Origin: a virus
Lineage: Duplodnaviria; Caudoviricetes
Reading direction: 5' to 3' (one strand)
DNA length: 59,827 bases
IMG/VR virus record: IMGVR_UViG_3300027833_000054
Coordinates: 1-59,827 of that record
How positions within the stretch are numbered: position 1 is the first letter of the stretch; each line of letters begins with the position of its first letter. The notes beneath the pieces were generated by a model that saw nothing but the letters and a program-made list of their open reading frames with translations, was not told the DNA's origin and searched no databases. Position numbers and translations under genes: made by a program. Shown in pieces: positions 36,152 to 44,677 of the stretch.

Positions 36152-37900
36152 TTATCCTTGGCAGCTTAAGCACTCATCATCATCCACACTGTAGTCCGTT
36201 AGGGCTACTCTGGTAGGTTTAAAGCTGACGGTATCAGCCTTAGCACCTGCACTTGTTCGTAAGTAATAGAGTCCTTTTAGTTTCTTATTGAAGGCGCGTA
36301 GGTGCACCTCATTTACGTACGCTTTGTCGGTTCCTGAAGGAAAGAATAAGTTTACACTTTGTCCTTGACAAATGAATGGTTGTCGTTCTGCAGCATGATC
36401 TACTACCCATCTTTGGTCTATCTCAAATGCTGTTTTGAATACATCTTTATCCCAATCTGACATCCAATTTAAATGTTGAACACTACCCTCATGTAGTATG
36501 ATTGATGTCCATTGCTTTTCTAACCAAGATTCGTCATCACTATATTCTTTTAGTTTAGTATCAAGGTAAGAGTTCTTAACAAGATGTGCACCAACTCTGG
36601 TCCTGTGGGTGAATGCATTAGATTTTAGAGGTTCAATAGATGCTGAGCATCCTGCAATAATAGATGAGTTGGCATTAGGTGCTATAGCTAGTAGGTGAGA
36701 GTTACGTACTCCTTCTACATCTGGGCAAGCCCCACGTTCCTCAGCTAGATATACAGAAGCAGATCGAGCTTGAGCTTTGATGTGCGTAAACATATCAGTG
36801 TTGTATGCAGTAGCCATAGGAGTTTCCCACGGTATCCCTACACGCTGTAATGCACTATGGAAGCCCATAGCACCGAGACCTAATGAACGCTCTTGTGTGG
36901 CACTATAGACAGCCTTACGGAGTTCTTTAGGTGCATGGAAGCAGAAGAAGCTTATTACGTTGTCAAGCATGGTGATAAGGTCAGCTACCATAGTGGTTTC
37001 TTTCCAATCCTCATAGTATTCAAGGTTTACACTTGACAGGCAACAAACTGCCGTACGCTCTTCATTTGTCGGTAAGTGAATTTCATTACAAAGGTTTGAA
37101 CCTTTGATGGTTAAACCTTTCTCTCTCATTTCTGGTGGTAGATGCCTGTTGGCTTCATCAATGAAGTTTAGGTACGGTTCACCAGTACGGAATCGTGTCT
37201 CTACAAGACGTTCCCATAGATCCCTTGCAGGTAATGTATCTCTTACTGTTTGATCGTTAGGGTCTACCAGATCCCATGTTCCACCTGACATGACTGCATC
37301 CATAAACGAATCTGTAATGTTTACAGCGTTGTGAATGTTGAACGCTTTGCGGTTAGGGTCACCGCCTGTGGGTACACGTATGTTGATGAACTCAACAATG
37401 TCTGGATGACTTATGTCCATATAAGCAGCATAAGAACCCTTACGAGTCTTACCTTGCCTGTAAGCAGTCATATCTGCATCAACAGTTTTTATGAAGGGAA
37501 TTGGAGATGGAGCAACATCGCTGACAGACCTAATGTCAGACCAATGACCACCAACACCACCGCCTTTGACTGAAAGCCAACGTAGCTCTGTACTGTGTCC
37601 AATAAGGCCATCGAGAGAATCAGGAACATAAGATAGGAAACAACTAATAGGAAGACCACGTACTTTTTCTCCGAGTGCTGGTGCGTTAGATAAGATAGGT
37701 GAGCTAAACATAAACCAACCTTTACTTGCATAGTCATATATTCGCTGTGCTAGGTCATAATCAGTTTTACAGAATGCCATAGCAGCTCTTGCATATGCAT
37801 CTTGTGGGTCTTCATCTTCATGACAGTAGTAATCTTTTAGGAGTGTGTATGCTTGGTTTGAAAGTAAACTGTTTCGTGAGTAATCAACTACAATGCTCAT
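36152..37900 (-). CDS. nrdA: ribonucleotide reductase class Ia alpha subunit (no ATP cone)
   Basis: SSPIL, PISCF, GGGVG, SNLCNEI, AVCCL, APNANSS, LYYLR, C-terminal CLSC. Confidence 0.95.
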   Translation of the reverse strand: MSIVVDYSRNSLLSNQAYTLLKDYYCHEDEDPQDAYARAAMAFCKTDYDLAQRIYDYASKGWFMFSSPILSNAPALGEKVRGLPISCFLSYVPDSLDGLIGHSTELRWLSVKGGGVGGHWSDIRSVSDVAPSPIPFIKTVDADMTAYRQGKTRKGSYAAYMDISHPDIVEFINIRVPTGGDPNRKAFNIHNAVNITDSFMDAVMSGGTWDLVDPNDQTVRDTLPARDLWERLVETRFRTGEPYLNFIDEANRHLPPEMREKGLTIKGSNLCNEIHLPTNEERTAVCCLSSVNLEYYEDWKETTMVADLITMLDNVISFFCFHAPKELRKAVYSATQERSLGLGAMGFHSALQRVGIPWETPMATAYNTDMFTHIKAQARSASVYLAEERGACPDVEGVRNSHLLAIAPNANSSIIAGCSASIEPLKSNAFTHRTRVGAHLVKNSYLDTKLKEYSDDESWLEKQWTSIILHEGSVQHLNWMSDWDKDVFKTAFEIDQRWVVDHAAERQPFICQGQSVNLFFPSGTDKAYVNEVHLRAFNKKLKGLYYLRTSAGAKADTVSFKPTRVALTDYSVDDDECLSCQG

Positions 37901-38117
37901 CTATCCACTCCTGTGTTTTAGTTATACTTTTGAAACCTACGAGAGTTGCTCCAGTTGCTGTGTTTAGTACTGTGGGAACACTTCGTACCTTATGGTGAAT
38001 GGCGGATTCTATGTCTTTGCCAATGTCTATTTCGTCATAGTCAATATTGTTATTGTTAAGGACAGCGGATACAGCTTTGCATGGCTGACACCCTTCTGTG
38101 TAAAACTTGATAATCAT
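37884..38117 (-). CDS. thioredoxin/glutaredoxin (NrdH-like)
   Basis: CQPC motif, VRSVPT, LVGF. Confidence 0.85.
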   Translation of the reverse strand: MIIKFYTEGCQPCKAVSAVLNNNNIDYDEIDIGKDIESAIHHKVRSVPTVLNTATGATLVGFKSITKTQEWIDEHCS

Positions 38118-38314
38118 TCTTTGCCCCTGTTATCTTTGTAGTTTTCTAGTGCTTCTTCTATTCTTGCTGCTGATAACGCATCAACTAATTGACCTAGTGT
38201 TATCAGTTCATCATCATCTAATTTATACTGCAGTAGGGTAGGTACACCCTTTTTATATCTAATTACGGTAGACCTTAGCCATGTAAGTGTGTCGAATACC
38301 ATATTAACTCCCAT
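38114..38314 (-). CDS. hypothetical protein
   Basis: ORF within the operon. Confidence 0.5.
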   Translation of the reverse strand: MGVNMVFDTLTWLRSTVIRYKKGVPTLLQYKLDDDELITLGQLVDALSAARIEEALENYKDNRGKE

Positions 38315-39002
38315 TCATTGAGTAATACCTGTCAAATGCTTTGGTTATCTCACGACAGAATACAGATCGTACAATGTCATCAGGGTTGTTGAAGTCAGTG
38401 ACTCCTATATTCTCAGATACTTCTGGAAGTGAAGTGTCTTTGTGCATGTCTATTAGTAGCTTTAATCCAGACTTTAAACCTAAACGAGCCTGAGGTATGT
38501 CACCACAAATGACAACTTTAGAGTCCTTACCTATTCTTTTGAGGAACATTTCTATTTCTTTTGGTGTTGTATGCTGCGCTTCATCTAGTATCACAAAAGA
38601 GTTATCAAAGGTACGACCTTGCATATACTCAAATGGGACTACTTGAAGTGTTCCGTCTTGGTATGATTTCTCAAAGTTTCCATTTAGATGTTTACGAAGT
38701 ATATCAGTGTAAGGTGTAATCCAAGGTGCCATTTTATCTATCTCTTCTCCGGGCAAGAAGCCAATAGATTTAGAGTCTGATACGTTTGGTCTGCATAGTA
38801 CAATCCTACTATCCCTGTTATCTATCTTAAACTGAGCTGCCATAGTGGATGCAATATATGTTTTACCTGAACCTGCAAACCCTGTACCTACAGATACTAC
38901 ATTTTTATCAATAGAGTTAATGTATTTTGATTGATTCTGAGACAGTGCTTGTAAACCTAACGAGTTACTTGGTACTTTCTTCTTGATGTTTGTCTTCTTC
39001 AA
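38304..39002 (-). CDS. phoH: PhoH-like ATPase
   Basis: GFAGSGKT, IGFLPG, YMQGRTF, ILDEAQ, RIG..SK....GD..Q. Confidence 0.93.
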   Translation of the reverse strand: MKKTNIKKKVPSNSLGLQALSQNQSKYINSIDKNVVSVGTGFAGSGKTYIASTMAAQFKIDNRDSRIVLCRPNVSDSKSIGFLPGEEIDKMAPWITPYTDILRKHLNGNFEKSYQDGTLQVVPFEYMQGRTFDNSFVILDEAQHTTPKEIEMFLKRIGKDSKVVICGDIPQARLGLKSGLKLLIDMHKDTSLPEVSENIGVTDFNNPDDIVRSVFCREITKAFDRYYSMNGS

Positions 39003-39228
39003 CTTCTGGTTCTCCGATTAGGAATTTAATACTAATTTGTAATCCATCTTCAGTTGCCATTTCAACAGCTTCTGATACTTTAAGGTACAGTTCACTTTCA
39101 AGATCTATGTGGTATTTTGTTTCCATCCAGAAAGCGTACAGAGGGTTGAGTATGAATAGTATCACTGAAGAGAACACTGCGAGTGCTGTTGCCAGCCAAA
39201 GTATTTCAGTTATCATTGTAATTATCAT
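38965..39228 (-). CDS. hypothetical membrane protein
   Basis: N-terminal TM helix. Confidence 0.5.
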   Translation of the reverse strand: MIITMITEILWLATALAVFSSVILFILNPLYAFWMETKYHIDLESELYLKVSEAVEMATEDGLQISIKFLIGEPEVEEDKHQEESTK

Positions 39229-39743
39229 TTATTGTCTCTGTCTAGGAACTCTAGTTGCATTTGTAATACGTGAATAGCTTTTGTTATATCTTGACGATGT
39301 GAATCTTTATCTCTTGTCAGGTATTTACCTACTTTTGTGTATATCGATGCACGTACACCTTCATAACCGAAGTTAGCAAAGGTAGCTTCAAGTGGTTGTA
39401 TTCCTTGATTTTTATAATGATCACCACCTACTTGTGAGTTTGTTGCAATTTCTTTATATGGTAATCCAGTGTCACAAGATATACCTGCTTTTTGCATTTT
39501 ATCTATTTGTTTATTACGAAGATTAGCTGCATCTTTGAATATTTGATGCATCTTTGCTTCATGTAAAGTTCCATTAGTTGCATTGAAGTATGCTTTGTGT
39601 GTGTTGTGTACATCTTCTTGTAGTCTATCTAGTTCACTCTTCATGTTTCTTTTACACTCTGCAGTTGTAATGCTTTTACGTAATTCATCAATATCCCCGA
39701 AGTCATCGAACCAAGGTTCTATTTTCATAATATCTAGATCCAT
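39225..39743 (-). CDS. DUF3310 / T7 gp1.7-like putative nucleotide kinase domain protein
   Basis: QVGGDHYK..GIQP.E...KY..R.K....D..KA.H motif. Confidence 0.7.
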   Translation of the reverse strand: MDLDIMKIEPWFDDFGDIDELRKSITTAECKRNMKSELDRLQEDVHNTHKAYFNATNGTLHEAKMHQIFKDAANLRNKQIDKMQKAGISCDTGLPYKEIATNSQVGGDHYKNQGIQPLEATFANFGYEGVRASIYTKVGKYLTRDKDSHRQDITKAIHVLQMQLEFLDRDNK

Positions 39744-39764
39744 TTACTTTGTACTCCTGTAGTT

Positions 39765-40214
39765 TTAGTTTTGTAAGTTTCCTTTTATATATTTAATGGC
39801 TCTTTTCATACGAGGAATATTATCATTGAACCCACCTAATGCTCTGTTGCAGCTATGACATAACCATCCTCTGAATTCTTCCGTACTATGGTCATGGTCA
39901 AGAACCCAAGCACCTGAGTTACCCCCTCTTCCTTCTGCTTGTTCCTTACAGCATAAGCATATGGGACATTCATACCCTTCAGGTGGCTGACCATGTATGG
40001 ATTTAAGATACTTACGCACCTTACCTAACTCATTGTTACATGATTTACATTCCGCTCTAAGATAAGTACCTCCACCTGATGGTCCAAAGTATGAAGTAGG
40101 TAGGTTGTTCTTACACTTGGAGCATGTTTTTGTATCTTTACATGTAGGGTTTTCAGATGATACTTTTATGTTTTCTGTGAATAACTTCATTTGTTCACAT
40201 TTCATATTGTACAC
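39765..40214 (-). CDS. endonuclease VII-like HNH nuclease
   Basis: CPIC...LDHDH....RGWLCHSCNRALG, plus an N-terminal CxxC zinc finger. Confidence 0.85.
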   Translation of the reverse strand: MYNMKCEQMKLFTENIKVSSENPTCKDTKTCSKCKNNLPTSYFGPSGGGTYLRAECKSCNNELGKVRKYLKSIHGQPPEGYECPICLCCKEQAEGRGGNSGAWVLDHDHSTEEFRGWLCHSCNRALGGFNDNIPRMKRAIKYIKGNLQN

Positions 40215-40942
40215 ACTACTTTTTTATTAGCTTGATACACGGCTTCTGCGAATCCTCTTGGAGTTGCTGACCTTATGTTCTTTGTCTTCATTGATTTACC
40301 TCCAAGCTTTCTGTGTTGTGTACTTGAACCGTAACTTTCACAAGGTACTGGATCTTTTGCTGGCATTTTGAACTTACCACCTGTCCATAAACATGTTCTT
40401 TTAGAGTATGCATCTTTTGGTGCAATGTACTCTGGATACAGTGGGTGTATTTCTTCACCTTCTTTGATGTAACCACCGTATTCATATGGGTGGAAACGAT
40501 AGTCTGGTCGACGCCACTTAGTTGACAGGACTGACACTGGGTTTTCTATGTAATATGGTACTTTGAGATCGTTAAACAACTCAGCACACCATGTTGCGTA
40601 CCCTACTGCTTTTCTTTGGAACTGAGGGTCTTTGAAGTATTTAGCTTTAAACCATGCAGCACCACTTACAGCTAAGTCAGTGCATACAGGGAAGGCCATT
40701 GCGAATACAATATCTTCATCTCTATCGTTAAAGTCAATCCATAAGTCATTTATTGATTTATAGTCATGTAGGTCTGCATGTAAGTAGTAGATTGCTCCAC
40801 CACTTTCATACTTATCAACACGTGCTTTCTCCCAACTGTCTCCTTCATGCTGTATGTCGAAGCAGTAACAAGTATGCCCTGCTTTAGCCCAAGGGATTGC
40901 AGCGACACCTGTGTAGTCATATAATGAAATTACAATACTCAT
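40202..40942 (-). CDS. putative DNA cytosine methyltransferase
   Basis: SLYDYTG (motif I-like), FPVCTDLAVSG (catalytic Cys), IENP, KRTCLW, RSATPRGFA. Confidence 0.75.
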   Translation of the reverse strand: MSIVISLYDYTGVAAIPWAKAGHTCYCFDIQHEGDSWEKARVDKYESGGAIYYLHADLHDYKSINDLWIDFNDRDEDIVFAMAFPVCTDLAVSGAAWFKAKYFKDPQFQRKAVGYATWCAELFNDLKVPYYIENPVSVLSTKWRRPDYRFHPYEYGGYIKEGEEIHPLYPEYIAPKDAYSKRTCLWTGGKFKMPAKDPVPCESYGSSTQHRKLGGKSMKTKNIRSATPRGFAEAVYQANKKVVCTI

Positions 40943-41187
40943 AATAGTCCTTTAGCTTCATCTATCTTAGGTTGAAGTTTATAGTAGTGAATCATATTAC
41001 CAATACTACCAATAGACTTGGAAAGCTTAAGACTACAGTCTGTGTAAGATACATTTGCAGCTCGTAGTGCTACTAGTTCTTGTATTTCTTCTGGAGTGTA
41101 ACTGTTTACACTTACATTTTCTCCTTTACGTAGATGGTCACCAATCTTAGGCCTGAAAACGATTCCCGTATGCATACTCTTCTCCAT
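40939..41187 (-). CDS. small putative HTH protein
   Basis: YTPEEIQELVALRAANVSYTDCSLKLSKSIGSI resembles a helix-turn-helix. Confidence 0.45.
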   Translation of the reverse strand: MEKSMHTGIVFRPKIGDHLRKGENVSVNSYTPEEIQELVALRAANVSYTDCSLKLSKSIGSIGNMIHYYKLQPKIDEAKGLL

Positions 41188-41422
41188 CTGTTTCTGATTC
41201 AGCTATGTTTTTATCATGCTCGTTTATACAATGATCGTATTTAATCCAGTCTTTTATATTGTTTTCATCAAGCACTTCTAGAAACTCACTATCTCTTTGA
41301 ATTGCTCTGTAATAATCTTCTGGAACTAGAATCATTTTAGCTTCAACTCCAACATTATTGTCAAAGCTTTTTTGGATTGCAGTCAGCATTTCTTTGTTTA
41401 GTCTTCCACGCATTTTATTCAC
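41147..41422 (-). CDS. hypothetical protein
   Basis: 91-aa ORF in the operon. Confidence 0.55.
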   Translation of the reverse strand: MNKMRGRLNKEMLTAIQKSFDNNVGVEAKMILVPEDYYRAIQRDSEFLEVLDENNIKDWIKYDHCINEHDKNIAESETDGEEYAYGNRFQA

Positions 41423-41511
41423 CCTATTACTATTGATAATATTACTATTGGTGATAGTATAAGTCCGACATAGATGAACCCACTAAGTAACTCTTTTAAG
41501 TTTTCTTTCAT
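41419..41511 (-). CDS. 30-aa membrane micro-protein
   Basis: MKENLKELLSGFIYVGLILSPIVILSIVIG*; GTGA coupling downstream. Confidence 0.4.
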   Translation of the reverse strand: MKENLKELLSGFIYVGLILSPIVILSIVIG

Positions 41512-41623
41512 CTTTCTTTTCCTTATCAGGTTTAGAGAATATCTTGTCATAGTTATCTCTGAACTTCTTAGTGTTGCTTTTAGATACAAGTGCATCACCA
41601 GTTATGTTGTTATAGCTAGTCAT
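41483..41623 (-). CDS. 46-aa hypothetical protein
   Basis: MTSYNNITGDALVSKSNTKKFRDNYDKIF...; overlaps the upstream stop. Confidence 0.5.
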   Translation of the reverse strand: MTSYNNITGDALVSKSNTKKFRDNYDKIFSKPDKEKKDERKLKRVT

Positions 41624-42110
41624 TTACTACTTCACCTTCAATATCTTTTAGTGGTTTTAGTATAGGCTCATTGATGATTGCTAGTTGTTGAGCTAATTCC
41701 TCATCAGTTAAGTCTTCTAAGTTAATGTTTGTGTTGATATTCTCGGTACGTTGCAGTTTAGGTTGTTGGTATTCAGCAATAGTTGCAGCAAGTTTTGAGG
41801 CTTCTGCAGGGTCACCATCTTGAATGGCTCTGAGCATCATGATTTGCATTACAGTTAAGCCAGAGGGCATGTCACTGATTACACCATCTGAAAGATACTT
41901 TAGTATTTCTACAGTTTCTTTCATCTTTTCACGTGCTTCTTTGTTGGACCTACGCTTTTCAATGCTTTTCTTTGACATCATCTTCATATGTTCCTTATCC
42001 CATTTAGGTTTAAGGTTTGCAAGTGAAGATTCTGTGATTGCTATTTTAGGTTTCTTTGTTAGGTTTTCAGGTTTTACAATTCCTTCCACGTACTTAACGT
42101 GTTCTTTCAT
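41616..42110 (-). CDS. putative terminase small subunit
   Basis: Basic N-terminus (SLANLKP), AEYQQPKLQRTE, LEDLTDEEL; has its own phage promoter; AAGGAG RBS. Confidence 0.5.
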   Translation of the reverse strand: MKEHVKYVEGIVKPENLTKKPKIAITESSLANLKPKWDKEHMKMMSKKSIEKRRSNKEAREKMKETVEILKYLSDGVISDMPSGLTVMQIMMLRAIQDGDPAEASKLAATIAEYQQPKLQRTENINTNINLEDLTDEELAQQLAIINEPILKPLKDIEGEVVND

Positions 42111-42136
42111 CTTAGGTTACTCCTTAGTTATTTAAG

Positions 42137-42158
42137 TTCTTTAAGGTACTTAAAAGAT
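42137..42158 (-). promoter_or_regulatory. phage RNAP promoter (T7-style)
   Basis: - strand ATCTTTTAAGTACCTTAAAGAA matches the copies at 46804, 50145 and 50192. Confidence 0.8.
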
Positions 42159-42192
42159 CTAGAGAGTAACCTAGATGTCAAGGCTTTGTCAT

Positions 42193-42603
42193 TTATCTAT
42201 AAAAGATATGATCATCTATCCTGAAAAGGACTGTCATATGGTCTGCCCAGTATGGGTTTACATAGGTTGCATGGTAGTGTGTTGCTCCATTTGATATATC
42301 AGTTACTCTGCCATAGAAAATGTTAGCAGCTAGAATGGTCGCTTCTAGCATAGCTTTGTCGTTTGTAGGTACGTCAGACATTCCATCACAAAACCAAGAA
42401 TATTGACATTTGTGTCTTATGGGGTTTTCCATATCCCATGCATGGTATTTGGCTTGTTTGACTACTTCACATACAGTGTCTGGATAACGTTCATCGTTGA
42501 CCCTGTTCATTGTACTAAAACCGACTGCTAGTTGACCTACTACTGGTTGGTCTCTTGCCTCAAAGTATAGGTTTAAGGCCAAACACATGACTGCTTCTAA
42601 CAT
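42193..42603 (-). CDS. cell wall hydrolase (SleB/Hydrolase_2)
   Basis: CLALNLYFEAR...NRV...YP.TVC.VV.Q...CQYSWFCDG...GATHYH...H.FY. Confidence 0.9.
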   Translation of the reverse strand: MLEAVMCLALNLYFEARDQPVVGQLAVGFSTMNRVNDERYPDTVCEVVKQAKYHAWDMENPIRHKCQYSWFCDGMSDVPTNDKAMLEATILAANIFYGRVTDISNGATHYHATYVNPYWADHMTVLFRIDDHIFYR

Positions 42604-42609
42604 AATTTA

Positions 42610-43260
42610 TTACCCTTGTATTCTGATTACTTTAAGCATTTTAGCCCCATGACCGGGGTATGCCACTACTTTTACTGATTTATCCCAACATGCCCTACAG
42701 TCTTTACATTGACCATCTCTTGTGTAAGCACCACATTCGAAAGCTTCTTTAGGTGGCTTTGTACTCCAGATGGTTGATGTTGTATCACCTTTTATAATTC
42801 CACCATTGATAGAATCTGAGGATAGACGTACTACTGCATTTGGAAGTTCAGCTATTTCATTTAATACTTTGGTGAACTTAGGGAACTTGTGTTGTCTTGT
42901 TGGGAACCAGTGTTTGGTTGTTGGTGTTCTTTTAATAACTTGTTTGATCTTCTTAGCTAATCTGAGGTCATAGCAATCACCGCTGTCAAACCATCGAAAT
43001 AGTTCATCATTGAATATTGCTTCTACCATGTTATCAACCCAATCCTTACGTTTCCAATCTTCTTTGTTATGTATTCTTGGGGCTTTAACATTGGGCATAT
43101 TGTACATACCTGTGGTTGCGTAACAACCTTTACATGCATCTACAAGTTCTATAATGCCTTTGATGATTGATTTTATACTTCCGGGGCATGTTTTCAAGGC
43201 TTCCAATGACCATGATTTACATTTACGTGGCATCTTACTTGTTTTAGAGAGTTTAATCAT
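42610..43260 (-). CDS. GP88-family Cys-rich protein
   Basis: SKMP..SWSL.A...CPG...C.GCYA, FRWFDSGD, HWFPTR, C.DCRACW. Confidence 0.75.
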   Translation of the reverse strand: MIKLSKTSKMPRKCKSWSLEALKTCPGSIKSIIKGIIELVDACKGCYATTGMYNMPNVKAPRIHNKEDWKRKDWVDNMVEAIFNDELFRWFDSGDCYDLRLAKKIKQVIKRTPTTKHWFPTRQHKFPKFTKVLNEIAELPNAVVRLSSDSINGGIIKGDTTSTIWSTKPPKEAFECGAYTRDGQCKDCRACWDKSVKVVAYPGHGAKMLKVIRIQG

Positions 43261-43387
43261 GTTACTTCCTGTCGATTATATTAAGAATGAAAGATATAAT
43301 CATTATTGTAGGTATTATAAATACCATATGAGCCTGTCTCAATGGTCCTTTTAGGTACTTCTGGTACATTCCTTTGTCACTTGATTT

Positions 43388-43417
43388 AAAAACAAAGGGA
43401 CCTTTTCAGGCCCCTTT
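43388..43417 (-). terminator. intrinsic terminator after SSB
   Basis: - strand AAAGGGGCCT-GAAA-AGGTCCCTTT-GTTTTT. Confidence 0.75.
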
Positions 43418-43425
43418 ATATTTAT

Positions 43426-43896
43426 TTAAAAATCATCATGTGTTGCTACAGCATCATCACTTTCAATGTCGAAATCTACTGATCCTGTGTACTCAATTAG
43501 GTTAGTGATTTGGATTGCACTAAGACTTGTTGAGATACCCTGACGACCAGCTACATCGTATTCATTTCGATATACTTTAACGTTACCTGTGGAACCATTG
43601 CCGATGTTGTTGAACACTTCGATTGTATTCTTCTTAGCATCTACAAGGGCTACTGGGAAGTTAGGAGAACCGTCATGTTTTAAAGCTTTACGCTTGATGT
43701 TAACCGCTACGTTCCCGTTTTCCAAGGTTCGTAGCTTACCCATTTCTGAAATCTCATCAGCTCGGTCTTCTGGTACTTCGATTTGAACTTCCCATTGAAG
43801 TGTGCCAAAAGGTGATACAGGCTTAGCTGGATCTACCTTTAAGTAGTTTAAGGTTACGTTGCGTAAGATAGATGTGCCTAAGTTTGTGTCGCTCAT
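43426..43896 (-). CDS. single-stranded DNA-binding protein (T7 gp2.5-like)
   Basis: OB-fold pattern (IGNGS.GNV...LSAIQITNLIEY); acidic tail ending in F; ATG 43896 with AAGGA RBS. Confidence 0.8.
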   Translation of the reverse strand: MSDTNLGTSILRNVTLNYLKVDPAKPVSPFGTLQWEVQIEVPEDRADEISEMGKLRTLENGNVAVNIKRKALKHDGSPNFPVALVDAKKNTIEVFNNIGNGSTGNVKVYRNEYDVAGRQGISTSLSAIQITNLIEYTGSVDFDIESDDAVATHDDF

Positions 43897-43915
43897 GTAT
43901 GTATATCCTTTTAGA

Positions 43916-44677
43916 TTATAGTGATAGTGTTGCTTGTGTTTCAAGGTCGCCTTTATACAGAGGCGTGTCTGTTAGTGTGTCAGCTTTATCTTCGATCTCG
44001 TTGACAATAGTATAAGTCGATGCACGACCTTTCATATTGTTATAGTCTGAAGGGATAGCTACTACATCCTTTGGGTTGATACGAACAGCCATGAGATGAC
44101 CATCATTTCGTACAAAGTTCCGTGCGTACTCATATCCTGCGAAGTGTAAACCTGCAGAACATGTACGGTTCTTGTCCTCGTCTACTAGGTTACGTGGCAT
44201 AGTAGGTTGTGCACCTACGCTGTTATCCATAGTATCTGTGTGGCAATCACGGTACTCTGAGTTTACTGCTTTGTATGCAACGAAGTGCCCGTCATCTGTG
44301 ATAGGCAGCTTAGATAGTTCTAGGAACCCGTATAGCTCCTGTACCGCACGATACGAAGGGTTTGCTAACAGGTTACGGAAGAACAGCTCTAAGGGCTTTA
44401 CACTGGCGTAACTGCTCATCAAGTCGAAGATACGCGCAGCCATGTTATCTGGTATGCGGTAGTCATCTAGGTATAGGCAGTCACCTACGAGTTCAAAGCT
44501 TGTATCAGCAATGGCTCGTTTGGCAGTCCTGCGGTTATCAATGAGATCTAGTGCTTTGTCATAGAAACCTTCTAAGACTAAGTCTTTGATCTCTTCAAAG
44601 AGTGTATGTGACGAGGTTACTGTTACAGGTTTTAGTTGATCAAAGACTGTTACAGAGTTATCTGTGATTATATTCAT
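43916..44677 (-). CDS. rIIB: rIIB-like protein
   Basis: NPS.RAV.ELY.FL....LPIT.DG.F.AYK.V, M.R..VD...RTCS.GLH, NPKDVV.IP.DY...KGR. Confidence 0.9.
   Translation of the reverse strand: MNIITDNSVTVFDQLKPVTVTSSHTLFEEIKDLVLEGFYDKALDLIDNRRTAKRAIADTSFELVGDCLYLDDYRIPDNMAARIFDLMSSYASVKPLELFFRNLLANPSYRAVQELYGFLELSKLPITDDGHFVAYKAVNSEYRDCHTDTMDNSVGAQPTMPRNLVDEDKNRTCSAGLHFAGYEYARNFVRNDGHLMAVRINPKDVVAIPSDYNNMKGRASTYTIVNEIEDKADTLTDTPLYKGDLETQATLSL

Noticed and set aside
43340-43362. Additional RNAP2 promoter (TTAGGTACTT)
   Set aside because: Only AAGTACCT matches; the upstream ATCTTTT block is missing.
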